Shown here piece after piece: positions 47,001-59,800 of a DNA stretch of 64,000 nt; positions within the stretch are counted from its first letter, which is position 1, and each line of letters begins with the position of its first letter. The stretch spans positions 109,616,001 through 109,680,000 of the forward strand of contig JANJGN010000007.1 of NCBI GenBank assembly GCA_026770705.1. The letters run 5' to 3'. The notes below the pieces were generated by a model. It ran no database searches and had not been told where the DNA came from. It was given only the letters and a program-made list of their open reading frames with translations. The stretch is from Isurus oxyrinchus (Eukaryota). The translations under genes and the position numbers were made by a program.

Positions 47001-50000
47001 CTTTTAGTGGTGTAATATAAAGTTTCAGCGGAGAATGTAGATAATAATCCAGTGGATGAAGGTCCAAATATTGAACAAAAGGTCAGCGGTTAGATTTGTT
47101 GGATACTTTGGAAGCAACATAAAAAAACAGTTTCTAAACAGTTGAAACAACCAAATTTTTGGTCACACTGAATGCTCTGTTGTAAACTAATTTGCATAAT
47201 TAATCACAAGAAAATACAGAGGTCTAAAAAGGACAGTAATGGTGGGAGTGAAAAATTGAATGCAACTCAGAGTTAAGGGGTTGGGAACAATTAAAGGCAG
47301 TGTCACAATAGGCAACAACAATTCAGAAAGTCTTGAGATAGTTCAAAAGCCATTTCAGGCACTTAGCAATCTTTGCCAAGGCTGTAGGGAAAGGGGATTT
47401 AAAAACACACTGCAAAACAAAAGGGAAATGGAATCCTAGGTCTACGTATGAGTCTGTAGAACAAAGGTGGAGTAATAAACACCCAACCTCATAAGAAAAA
47501 GGAGTCGGCCATTTGGCCCCTCGAGCCTGCTCTGCCATTCTATAAGATCATAGTTGATCTGGCCATGGTTTTAACTCTACTTTCCTGCTTGCCCCCAATA
47601 ATCTTTGGCTGCCTGGTAAATCAAAAATCTGTCTAACTGAGCCTTAAATGTATTCAGTGGCCCAGTCTTCACTGCTCTCTGGAATACTGAATTCCAAAGA
47701 TTAACCACCATCTGGCAGAAGAAGTTCCACCTCAGCTCCATCTTAATTGGGAGACCAATGCTTTTAAATTGTGCCCCCTAGTTCTAGGTTCCCCAACAAG
47801 AGAAAACATCCTCTCAGCATCTATGACCACCTTTCATTCTTCTAAACCCCAATGACTAAAGTCCCAAACTGCTCAAATGTTCCTCATAAGACTACACCTT
47901 CATCCCTTTCATTCCAGGAATAAAGCTAGTGAACTTTCTCTGAACCATCTCCACTGCACGTATATCCCTCCTTAAGTAAGAAAACCAAAAATGTACACAG
48001 TACTGTAGGTGTGGGCTCACCAATGCCCTGTTCAGTTGCAGTATCTCCATCTCCCTTGCAATAAAGGCCAACACTGAATTCGCCTTTCTAATTACTTGCT
48101 GTACCAGCATGCTAACTTTTGTTTCTTCTTGGACAAGGACATTCAGATCCCCCTGTACAGCAAAATTCTGCAGCTACTCTCCATTTAAATAATATTCTAC
48201 TGTCTGATGTTAGTGTAACTTGTGGTGATGCTGCTTGAGATACTGAAGAGGTAGTTGCCCTCTGTACCACTCTTTGGTACCATTTTTCCACAGACTAGCA
48301 TTGCAAACAGCTCTGCAAAGAGGTTCAGCCAAGTTTCGAGAAACAACTGACTATTATTATCTTTGTGTGTTGCTGTTTCAAGCTGAATGTATTTGTAGAT
48401 GATGGTACAGCTCTGCGTCTGCCTAGCCAAGACCTTAAAAAGATTGGCTCACATAATCATTGCCAGGTATGTGTACCAGGGCCTGCAGAAAGGTTAGTAG
48501 CAATTTGGCAGGTTTGGCCAATGCTAAGTCTTGATCAGCCTGCTAGTCACTATCAACATCCTGGAAGTTACCACTGAACAGAAACTGAACTAGCTGAGCC
48601 ATATAAATACTGTGGTTACAACAGCAGGTCAGAGACAGAGAATTGTGTGGTGAGTAACTTACCTCTTGTCTCTCCATAGCCTGTCCATCATCTACAAGAC
48701 ACAAGTCAGGACTATGATGGAATACCCTCCACTTGCCTGGAGAAGTATGACTTCAACAACACTCAAGAAACTCAACGCCATCCAGGACAAAGCAATCTGT
48801 TTCATTGGCACCTCATCCACAACATTCAACATTCATTCCCTCCACCACCAACACACAGTGGTAGCAGCGTGTACCATCTACAAGATGCACTGCAGGAACT
48901 CACCAAGGATCCTTCCACAGCACATTCCAAACCTGTGACCTCTACCAGGTCACAGCTAATCTATTATTTGGATCTACTGTAAGGGAATTTTAGCAATGCA
49001 CTTAGCAAAGTGTAGTGTACTTAGAGCAAGTCAACGTGGTTTTACGAAAGGGAAATCTGATTTAACAAATTTATCAAAGTTTTGAGTATGTAACTAGGAT
49101 GGTAAATGAAGGGGAACCAGTATACGTCATATACTTGGATTTCCAAAAGGCATTTAATAAGGTGCCACACAAAAGATTAATAGGCAAGGGTTCATGGGGT
49201 CTCAGGCAATACATGGCAATGGATAAAGGATTGGTTAATGGACGGGAAGCCAAGAATGGGCATAAATGGGTCATGTTCAAGTTAGCAGACTGACTCATGA
49301 GTACCACAAGGATCAGTGCTGGGCCCTCAGCTTTTTATAATCTACATTCTCTTCATCTCAGTTATTAATAACGTATCTAAGTTCACCGATGCTACACAGC
49401 CAGGCAAGAAGGTAATTAAACCGAGAGGCTACAAAGAGAGAAAGACAGGTTAAGTGAGTAAGCAACAAGGTGGCTGATGGAATATAATGTCCAGAAGTTT
49501 GGTCATAAGAATAGGAAAGCAGGATATTCTTTGAAAGATATGAAACTTGTAAATATTGATGTTCAGAGAGACCTGGATGTGCTTGTACAAGGAATGTGGA
49601 AAATTAACATGCAGGTACAGCAAGCATTTAGGAAGGCAAATGGCATATTGGCCTTCATTGAAAGGTGATTGGAGTATTGGAATAAAGAAGTCTTGCTACA
49701 ATTGTATAGTTCTTTGGCGAGACCAAAACTGGAACACTGTGTGCAGTTTTGATCTCCATATTGAGGGAAGGATCGGCTTGCATTAGAGGCGCTATCGAGA
49801 AGGTTCACTAGATTAGCCCCTGGGATGAAGGGTTGTCCTATGATATGGGATTGAGTAAATTGGGTTTATATTCCCTGGAGTTTAGAAGAATGAGAGGCAA
49901 ATCATTGAAACATACAAAAAACTGAAGGAGGCTTGATAGGGCAGATGCTGAGAGATTTTTTTCCCCACTGGTCAGGAAATCTAAAACACGAGCAGTATAG

Positions 50001-50256
50001 TCTCAGGACAAGAGGCTGATCATTTAGAACTGAGATTAGGAGAAATTATTTCACTCCAATGGTTGTGAATCTTTGGAATTCTCTACCCAGAGGGCTGTGG
50101 ACGATCCAACATTGAATCCATTTAAGGCTGGGTGGACAGATGTTTGGTCTTCCAGGGAATCCAGGGATAGGGGGAGCAGCTGGGAAAGTAGAGTGAAGCC
50201 CAAGATCAGCCAAGGTCATATTGAATGGCAGTGCAGGCTCAACAGACTGTATGGTA

Positions 50257-52555
50257 TAGAGTCATAGAGGTCTACAGCACAGAAAAAGGCCCTTTGGCCC
50301 ATCGTGTCTGCGCCAGTCAAACAAGTATCTAACTATTCTAATCCAATTTTCCAGCACTAGGCCCATAGTCTTCTATGCCATGGCATCACAAGTGCACATC
50401 CAAATACTTCCTAAATGTTATGAGGGTTTCTGCCTCTACCACCCTTTCAGGCAGTGAGTTCCAGATTCCCACCGCCTTCTGGGTGAAAAAATTCTTCCTC
50501 ACATCCCCTCTAAGCCTCCTGCCTCTTACCTTAAATCTATGCCCCCTGGTTATTGATCCCTCCACCAAGGGGAAAAGTTCCATCCTATCTACCTTACCTA
50601 TGCCCCTCATAATTTTATACACCTCAATCATGTCCCCCCTCAATCTTCTCTGCTCCAGGGAAAATAACCCCAGTCTATCCAATCTCTGCTCATCACTAAA
50701 ACTCTCCAGCCCAGGCAACATCCTGGTAAATCTCCTCTGCACTCTCTCTAATGCAATCACATCCTTCCTATAATGCGGATTCCAGAACTGCATATAATAC
50801 TCTTGCTGTGGCCTAACCAGCGTTTTCTACAGCTCCAGCATAACCTCCCTGCTCTTATATTCTATGCTTCGGCTAATAAAGGCAGGTACCTCATATGCCT
50901 TCTTAACCATCTTATCTACCTGTCCCGCTATCTTAAGTGACCAGTGGACACGTAGCCCAAGGTCCCTCTGATCCTCAGTGCTTCCCAGGGTCCTACCATT
51001 CATCGTGTATTCCTATGCCTTCTTTGTCCTGCCCAAGTGCATCACCTCACACTTATCAGGATTATATTCCATTTGCCACTGATCAGCCACACACTGTCTA
51101 TATCCTCCTGAAATTTAAGGCTATCCTCGTCACTATTTACCACCTCACCAATTTTTGTATCATCTGCAAACTTATTGATCAACCCTCCTACATTAAAGCC
51201 GAAATTGTTTATGTATACCACAAACAGCAAGGGACCCAATACTGATGGAACCCCACTGGACACAGGCATCCAGTCACAAAAACACCCCTCGACCAACACC
51301 CTCTGCTTCCTGCCAATCAGCCAATTCTGGATACAATTTGCCAAATGGCCTTGGATCCCATGTGCTCTTACCTTCGTTATCAGTCTCCCATGCCAGACCT
51401 TATCAAAAGCCTTGCTGAAGTCCAAGTAGACTACGTCAAATGCATTGCCCTCATCTACAGACCTGCTTACCTCTTTGAAAAATTCAATCAAATTGGTCAG
51501 ACGTGATCTACCCTTAACAAAACCATGCTGACTGTCCTTGATTAATCCCTGCCTCTCCAAGTATAGATTAATTCTGTCCCTCAGAATCGCTTCCAATAGT
51601 TTCCCCACCACTGAGGTTTGACTGTCCTGTAGTTCCTTTCTTCCTTCCTCCCTTCTTGAATAATGGTACCACATTGGCTGTCCTCCAGTCCTCTGGCACC
51701 TCTCCTGTGGCCAGCGAGCTACTGAAAATTATTGCCAGCGCCCCTGCTATCGCCTTCCTTGCCTCACTGAACAGCCTGGATTACATTTCAGCCAGGCCTG
51801 GAGGTTTAACTACTTTTAAGCCTGCCAGACCACTAAGAACCTCCTCCCTTTCTTTGCCAATTTTTAAAATTATATCACAGTCCTTCTGCCTGATTACATA
51901 TCCACGTCATCCCTCTCACTTGTGAACACCAACACAACATATTCATTTAGAATCCTGCCTCCGTCTTCTGGCTCCACACACAAATTACCACTATGGTTCT
52001 TAACGGGCACTACTCTTTCCCTAGTTATTCTCTTACTCTTAAGGTACTTGTAAAATAACTTTGGATTTTCCTTTATTTTACCTGCCAATGTTTTTTTCAT
52101 GCCCCCTTTTAGCTCTCCTAATTTCCTTCTTAAGTTTCTCCCCTTGCACATTCTATACTCCTCCAGGACTTCCGCTGTTTTGAGCTCTCGGTATCTGCCA
52201 TAAGCCTCCCTTTTTCTCTTTATCCGATCATGTATATCCCTGGATTTGTTGGTCCCCACTCTTTGTCTTTATTGGAATATGTTGGCCCTGTACTCTCTCT
52301 ATTTCCTTCTTGAATGAGTCCCACTGCTCTGACGCAGATTTACCTAAAAGTAGCTGCTCTCAGTCCAAATCATATCTGATCTTATTAAAATCAGCCTTCC
52401 CCCAATTTAGAACTCTTATTTCTGGCCCATCCTTGTCCTTTTCCATAATAACCTTGAATCTAACGGAGTTATGAGCATTATCTGCAAAATGCTCCCCCAC
52501 TGATATCTCTACCTCTTGCCTGGCTTCGTTCCCTAAAATTAAATCTAGGACCATA
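50257..52555 (-). mobile_element. Younger CR1 LINE insertion specific to copy B
   Basis: Long RT remnants (SQHGFVKGRS, DFSKAFDKV, FADDTKIG, LERVQRRFTRMLPGL) and a CTCTATGACTCTAT tail; absent from the collinear position in copy A. Confidence 0.9.
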
Positions 52556-54579
52556 GATGGTGTACATATAAATATATTAAAGTCTTAAACTCTTAGAATT
52601 TATTACACTAATCTTTTGAGTCTTGAGGTTATCTTATGAACTTACAACAGTATACGTAACCAATTCTGTAGATTTATGTTTCTGAAGTTGAACATATAAA
52701 ATCACATAATAGCCTCTAAATACATTTCTCAACATGTTTTTTAAATTTTGGTGCAGTAATAGTACAGATGTTTCTAGATGGATGACTTTTTAACAGAAAA
52801 AAAATATATATTATGACTTATGCTTTAAGTTTGAATTTAGGAATATATGGCCTCAATTGCTCAGTGCTCCTTATTTCCAAATCTGCTTCTTATCCAGACT
52901 CTGTTGGTCAGAACACTTTTTCATCAATTGTGCATGAAGCCTATGCTTATTAATCTGTTCAGCATCTGGTCAGGAATTTTAAATGAAAATTTGCACAGGT
53001 TGCTGTACCAATGTGCAGAGCAATACAACAGTTCAATGTAAGCTTGTGGTGTATCATAGTTTTCTAGTGGTGCAATCCTTATCTCAGCATTATCTTCACA
53101 GTGTGCTGATGTGGAAATGTTGAGTGGGCTTCAAAATCTATCTGCAAGAAATTTGATTTTGTTTTTAAATGGATGGAGCATTAGTCTTTAGAGCTGGGGA
53201 AGCAGGTGAATTCTTGGTTCAGGAAGAGTAAGGAATACAAAGAAACCTGAATAGTAAAAGGGAAAAAGTGAAACACTAAGAAAATAATGCTGATAATCAA
53301 ATGTTTTGCTCATAAATTAGGAAACAACCACCAAGACCTAGAAACGTGCCATCACGATATTTAGGTGAGCAGGCGCACGATGTTCTCAGATGCGCACCCA
53401 CCATTAATTAATCAGCTAGTGAAGGCCCTTGAGGCAGCAATTGACTGCAATTTTTCAGGGCCTGTGCAATCTTCAGGACATCACATGGGCGCAACGGGTA
53501 GGAGACATTTGTATAAACCTCATGCACTGGCAGGATAAAAGGGGTGAGCAGGGTCATGAGTGGTATGTGTCAGATATTTAATTGTGAATGTTACTGACAC
53601 TTGCCTATGTAAGCAGGAATACTTCAAAACACTTCACAGCTGCTTGGACAAGAATAATAGGCTTCAGGTCAGGACTCTGCAGTAAAGATCATTTTTGGGG
53701 CCTGCAGGTTTCAGGAAGCTTTCCTTTAGCCTGGGAATGGGAGTTGTGCTATCCCCTGGAGGCACTTCCCCTGAGGAGGAAGGGAGAGCCAGAAGGGGGA
53801 GGAAGCCAGGAGCACATTCAGCTTCCAGGACTGAGATGAGGAGAAATTATTTCACTCAAATGGTTGTGAATCTTTGGAATTCTCTACCCCAGAGGGCTGT
53901 GGATGATCCAACATTGAATACATTTAAGGCTGGGTAGACAGATCTTTGGTCTCTCAGGGAATCCAGGGATAGGGGGAACAGGTGGGAAAGTAGAGTTGAA
54001 GCCCAAGGTCAGCCAAGTCATATTCAATGGCAGTGCAGGCTCAATGGGCTGTATGGTACACTCCTGCTCCTCTTTCATTTTCTTAATTGGAGGCCTGTGG
54101 GTTGCTGGTTGCTCAGCCCCTCACTATCACTTTCAAAATTGAGACACAATCCTGAGGCACTGGAAGATTGAGACACCAGCTGGGAGTACTATTTTCAAAG
54201 TGCACCCGCACCTAATATTGCTCCCATGGGCGATTCAAAATCCAACACTCTGAATTGTACCACATTTCTGTAGAGAGTCGGAGGAGCTTTATCTTGCTTT
54301 AAACATGCTATACCTAATCTGGAAGTTCTTAGTGCCTAGAATGGAAGTGTTCTGATCTGCAAAATTAACATTGTTCACCGTGATGAGTTCAAAAGTAAAT
54401 TGGATAAAATATCATCTAAGAATTGAAGTAATATTTTTTTGTCCTAAAGTTTACTTATTGCAGATTAATAAATTAGTTCACATATCTTATCAATCTGTTA
54501 TCATTTATGTATTGGTATAATTGATGAATATTAACTCAAGAAATCCAATCATAAATGTAGTGATCTGGCTCCTCCTTAC

Positions 54580-54699
54580 CTTTAGATTTTTTGCAACAAC
54601 AGAATTCACAACAAAGTACCAGTGCAATAATCAGAAGCAGTAAAGCTATTACTCCACAGATGTAGATCCACCAAGGAAAAGTGGGATTGGAGTCATTTT
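54580..54699 (-). CDS. Gene B (paralog) transmembrane exon, intact
   Basis: ENDSNPTFPWWIYICGVIALLLLIIALVLCCEFCCCKKSK; same 120-nt length and splice sites as the copy A exon at 16045-16164. Confidence 0.85.
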
Positions 54700-56504
54700 C
54701 TGCAAGACACATGCAAAACGAAAACATAGTCATTCACTTTCAGAAGGAAAACAATGGTACAGTATGTTAGCAGGTTCTTAATTTACCTCTCAAAGCCCAG
54801 CTCATTCTGAAGGCTCTATATGGGTGATGTTATGAATTTATGCTTACTGCACAAATACAGAACACCAGTCTTCACATCCAATATTCTAATTACTGCTCTT
54901 GGGCTATAATGGATTTGATTCATGACTGTCAAACCCATAAAATTACTCTTCGTGGGGTGTAACGGGTGCAAGAATCTCAAACTTGTTCCTGTTTAGTGTG
55001 GGCTAAAACTGTCCACGATTCAGTCCAGATTAGCAATAATAGGTTATATCAATTAAATAATCCATAAGGTTGGCTAATGGGAGTGAAAAAATGCCATAGG
55101 TATAATTGATGGTGCTCTCATAAAGATGATGTTAAAAGCATTTACTCTGCATCTTAGGCATGTAGAGTTGAAGCCCAGGATCAGCCATGATAACAATGAA
55201 TGGTAGCACAGGCTCAATGGGCTGCGTAGTCTACTCCAGCTCCTATTTTGTGTGTTTGTGTGATCTTAATTGGATTCAGAATTGTTTGAATCTCTAACAA
55301 AGAAAATATTCTTCTCTGCAGCACTTGGCTTGGTCTAGATCAAAATAAAGCTCCCCCAAGCATAATTTTTAAAAAGATATATCGAAGATAAAGCAGCAAT
55401 AAAAGAATGTTACACTGAGGGAAACGCATTTGTAAAAATGCAGCAACAACTTCATAATAATAAGAAATTATAAATATTCTGGTAAAGAACACAGTTTAAT
55501 TAGAAATGCTGAAGAGAGTAGAACTTTAAACATGTATTTATTGCTTGAACTCTTGCTACAATATCTCAGTTTGCACATATTACAATAGTCAAATGTTGAA
55601 TCTTTAACTCCTTATATAGAAATCACATGAATAATTAGGATTAATGGCATCCATTTGTTTCTGTCTATCCTGTTAATGAAAAAACTTGCATTTATATAAG
55701 CATCCGTCACACCCTCGGTCAATCCTGAAATGCTTTACAGCCAGTTTAGTACATTTTAAAGTGTAGTCACTGTAATAATGTTAGAAACATGCAGCCAATT
55801 TGTATACAGCGAGGTCCCAAAAACACCAATGAAATAAATGACTGCTTCATCTGTTTCAGTAATGTCAGTTGAGATAAATGATGGTCAGGACATTGGGAGA
55901 TCTACCCTGCTCTTCTTTCAAAAGTGTCAGGGAATCTTTCATGACCACCTGAGAGGACAGATTAAGTTGCCCATCTCCTGTGGGTTAAATAATTGGTGAC
56001 AGTCAGTGTCTAAACGTACGTGTCGATGAGGTACTGGTGATGTGATAGATGTCTGTCTCTTAGAAGAGGAGGGAGGAGAAAGGTAGGAAAAACATGAGGT
56101 TACTGCCAATGGGAATGCATTCTATCTTTTACTTATCAGGTTATCTGCTCTGAGACCCCTTTGTCCAACAAGAATTAGTGTGCATCAAACAGTGAAGCTG
56201 CTGGTCAGCAAGTTATCCCTGCTTGCTCATGTCACTGTGAAACGTGAAAGGCAGAGTTCTGCTTACACACTAAAACTTATGAAGGACCATCATCAACTGA
56301 CCTCCACTAACAAGTAGCTTTCTGGTGACTTGAAAACAATTGGTGGGATTGTGAGACAACCATTTTTCTCAGTTACTCTTGCTCTAATTTTAATCTTTCA
56401 TAATTACCATCCACAAATTGCCATGTTATTGGTGTCTTGTGGCCCTCAGCACACATCATCTGAGATCTGTACTTCAGTGGTACAAATCAGCAGGCTCGGA
56501 CAAT

Positions 56505-56890
56505 GAACAATGGTCGTATAGTGGAGAAGCAACCCATAAGCATGGACTAATGATCCAGACACAAGATTTGAAATACCACCACAGAAGTTGGAAAACTTAA
56601 ATTCATTTAATTAATTAAATCTAGAATCAATGATGGTGATTATGTAACTCCTGGATTGTCATAACAACCCATCTAGTTCACTAATGTCCTTCATGAAAAG
56701 CAATTTGTCATCCTTACTCAGGCTAGTCCATATGTGACTCAAGGCCCAGTGTAAAGGAACCATCTATTCTGTATTCTGGTATAGCCTAGAAAACCTGCTG
56801 ATTTCAAGAATGCGGCTCATCACCACCCACCCAAGGGTAATAAGGGATGGGCAATAAATGTGGTGCTCACATCCTATAAATGAATTTTAA
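56505..56890 (+). mobile_element. Complete HE1-like SINE (tRNA-like head, core, CR1-type tail)
   Basis: Ends TTTCAAGAATGCGGCTCATCACCAC...AGGGATGGGCAATAAATG...CACATCC, the tail shared with the HER1-like LINEs in this window. Confidence 0.7.
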
Positions 56891-59800
56891 AAATGTCTGG
56901 CTCTGGTTCATCATGTTCACTGTTAGGGGGGAATATAGGGATATAATTTGTATTAGCTGGGATCAAGTAAATTTTTAAACTAATTATGACTTTTTTCCAG
57001 AATACTGTTTCATCAAGAATAATTGCCAATTTCAGTAGAAGACCCAGCATCACAATCTACAGCACAGAAACAAGCCATTCAGCCAAGCTAGTCTATGCTG
57101 GTGTTTATACACAAAGCAACCCACTTCCCATCCTACCTAATATCTTTCTATTCCCTTCTTAATGTGTTCATCAAGCCTTCCTTAAAAGGTGACAATGCAA
57201 TCTTCTTTAAACACAGAGATTTAGCTGTTACAAGGTCATGGATGAGGAAAATTGCTGGTTGCTCTGTGCAGCAACATTTTAAGTATATTCAGGTGGGTCT
57301 ATTTCATATAAATACATTAAATTATTTACACACTATCGCAGAGTACAGCTTCAAGGCTTAACATTACAGTTAGGAGCAGGAGACCACCAGATGATCCCTC
57401 AGGCTGCTCTGCCATTAAATAAAACAATGGTTGCTCTGATTTCAATTCCACTTTCCAGCCTGCTCCTTATTACCTTGACATCCCTATAGTTCATAAATTT
57501 GTCTGTCTCAGCCTTGAATATGTTCAATGACTTAGCTTCCACAGCTGTCTGATGCAGGGAATTCCAAAGATTCACGACTTTGAGAGAAGAAATTCCTCCT
57601 CATCTTCGTCCTAAATGGACAACCTCTCATTTTGAAACACAGTCTCTAATTATTGATTCTCCTTTAAGAGGAAAGAGCTCTCTTGGTTAAAGTTTATAGT
57701 AAAATTCTAAATGTATTCTTTCCAATTTCACTAGAATTTCCATTCAGAGGAAATTTTTATGACCATGTTTACATGGTGCAACACAAAGACCATAGTAATT
57801 TTCATTCCTCTCAATGTGTTCTGGCAGATATTTTAACATGTAAAATAGAAATAAGGCTGTTTTTTCTGAATTTTTATCTTCTCATATTAATTTTATCTTT
57901 CTGCTTCATATCATTGTGTCCAGGGACATGCATGCATAATTAAAATGCAAACATTTCAATTCATTTTCATTTAAACACCTTCAAAAACTGGTGACAAATG
58001 GCCTCAAAGCAGGGCAAAAGATGGAACTTTAACTTCCATCGCCTAAGTGAAACTACATTTCGCTATGCTACACCTGATCTGGGAGGTGCACCCTCCCAAA
58101 CGGAGGGACAGAGGGTTAACACTGGGTGTCTAAATGGGAAGATTTGCATTGGCAGCATTAACCTCAATGAGCATTTTTTCTTTTAAAATCTCAGAAAGAT
58201 GCTGTGATGTTACATATTGTCAGGAGCCAAACCATGAAAATAGTTCCATCTGATTGTTTCCCCTTGTCAGATGAGATGTACATCACTGTCAAAGTTGAAC
58301 TTCCTTTTACATAGCCTTTTTTACAATGCTCCAAAGCACTTCACCTATTTGGCCACAGCAAATTCCTATAAAGGGGAGAGGAGAAAATAAGAAGGCTAAG
58401 AGGAGATTTGATAGAGGTGTTCAAAATCGTGAGATGGGCGGACAGAGTAGATAGGGAGAAACTGTTACCACTCGTAAAATGATCAAGAACAATGGGGCAC
58501 TGATTTAAAATGATTTGCAAAAGAATGTGAGAAATAACTTTTTCACACAGGTCTGGAATGCACTGGAAGGAAGTGTGGTAGAGGCAGGTTCAATTAAGGC
58601 ATTTAGGAGGGCATTAGATGATTATTTAAATAGAAACAATGTGCAGGGTTACGGAGAAAAGGGAGAATAATGATGCTGAGTCATAATGCTCATTCAGAGA
58701 GCCAGTGCAGAATGAAGGGCCAAATGGCCTCCTTTTGCACTGTAACAACTCTGTGTTTCTGTGATAAACAATGAGATCAGTTTTTTGATGATTTTCCTTG
58801 TGGGATGTGTGTTGACCAGGACACTGGGATAACACGCCTGCTCTTTTTTTTTAATAGTACCATGAGATTTTATACTTGCACCCGAGTGGGTAGTCATGTA
58901 CTTGGCTTAATGTTCCATCTGGATTGCACTGAATTTCAGACAATGTACCTAAGTCTTTGAAGTGCTGCTTGAATTCAAACCCAACCTAAATCAGAATGTA
59001 CTAATCTACAATTAAAACAAGTCTATGAAATTATAATAATTCAGCCTAGAACCAGGGGATAAACATTTTTGATTGGATGTGAAAGGTTTAAGAAAGAGGA
59101 CAGGAAAAACAGTGGGAAGTTCATAGGTTTGACCTAATAGCTATTACAGGGATGTGGTTGCAAAGTGACCATGGTTTTCAACTAAATATTCATGATACTT
59201 AACTTTTAGAAGACATAGGCAAAATAGAAAAGGAGGAGGATAGCCCTGACAATAAAGAATGGGGTGAAGTCAGTGGAGAAAAAATGGACCTTAGCTCAGA
59301 AAATCAAGAAGTAGAATCAATTAGGTTGGAGCTAAGAACATGGAAGGTGTGTCCACGATGTGGCCAAAGAAGTTGACTACCAACCTGTAAATTCTTCCAA
59401 TATGCCTGATGGCAGGCAGAAAGAGCTGGAGAGTTTCCTGGTCAGTCATACTGCATAAGGCAACAGCAATCTACTGCAATGCTTTGCCAAACATAATGAT
59501 CGAGCAATGCAATGAAAGTCCATGATCTCCATGGGCACGGTACCTAAAGGAGGAAGGGGAGCTAAGAAATAGCAAGGCACAGAAACATTTGTAGGAGTTG
59601 TTTATAGGCCACCTAGCTTTAGTTGTAGTGTAGGGCAAAGTATAAATTAGGAAATTAGAGGTGCATAATATAAAGATAATACAGTAGTCAGCGGGACAGT
59701 AATCTTCATTTAAGCTGTGCAAACCAAACTTGCAGTAATAGTGTGGAGGGGGGAAGTTCATGCAATGTATAGAAGATAGTTATATAAATCAGTATGGTAA

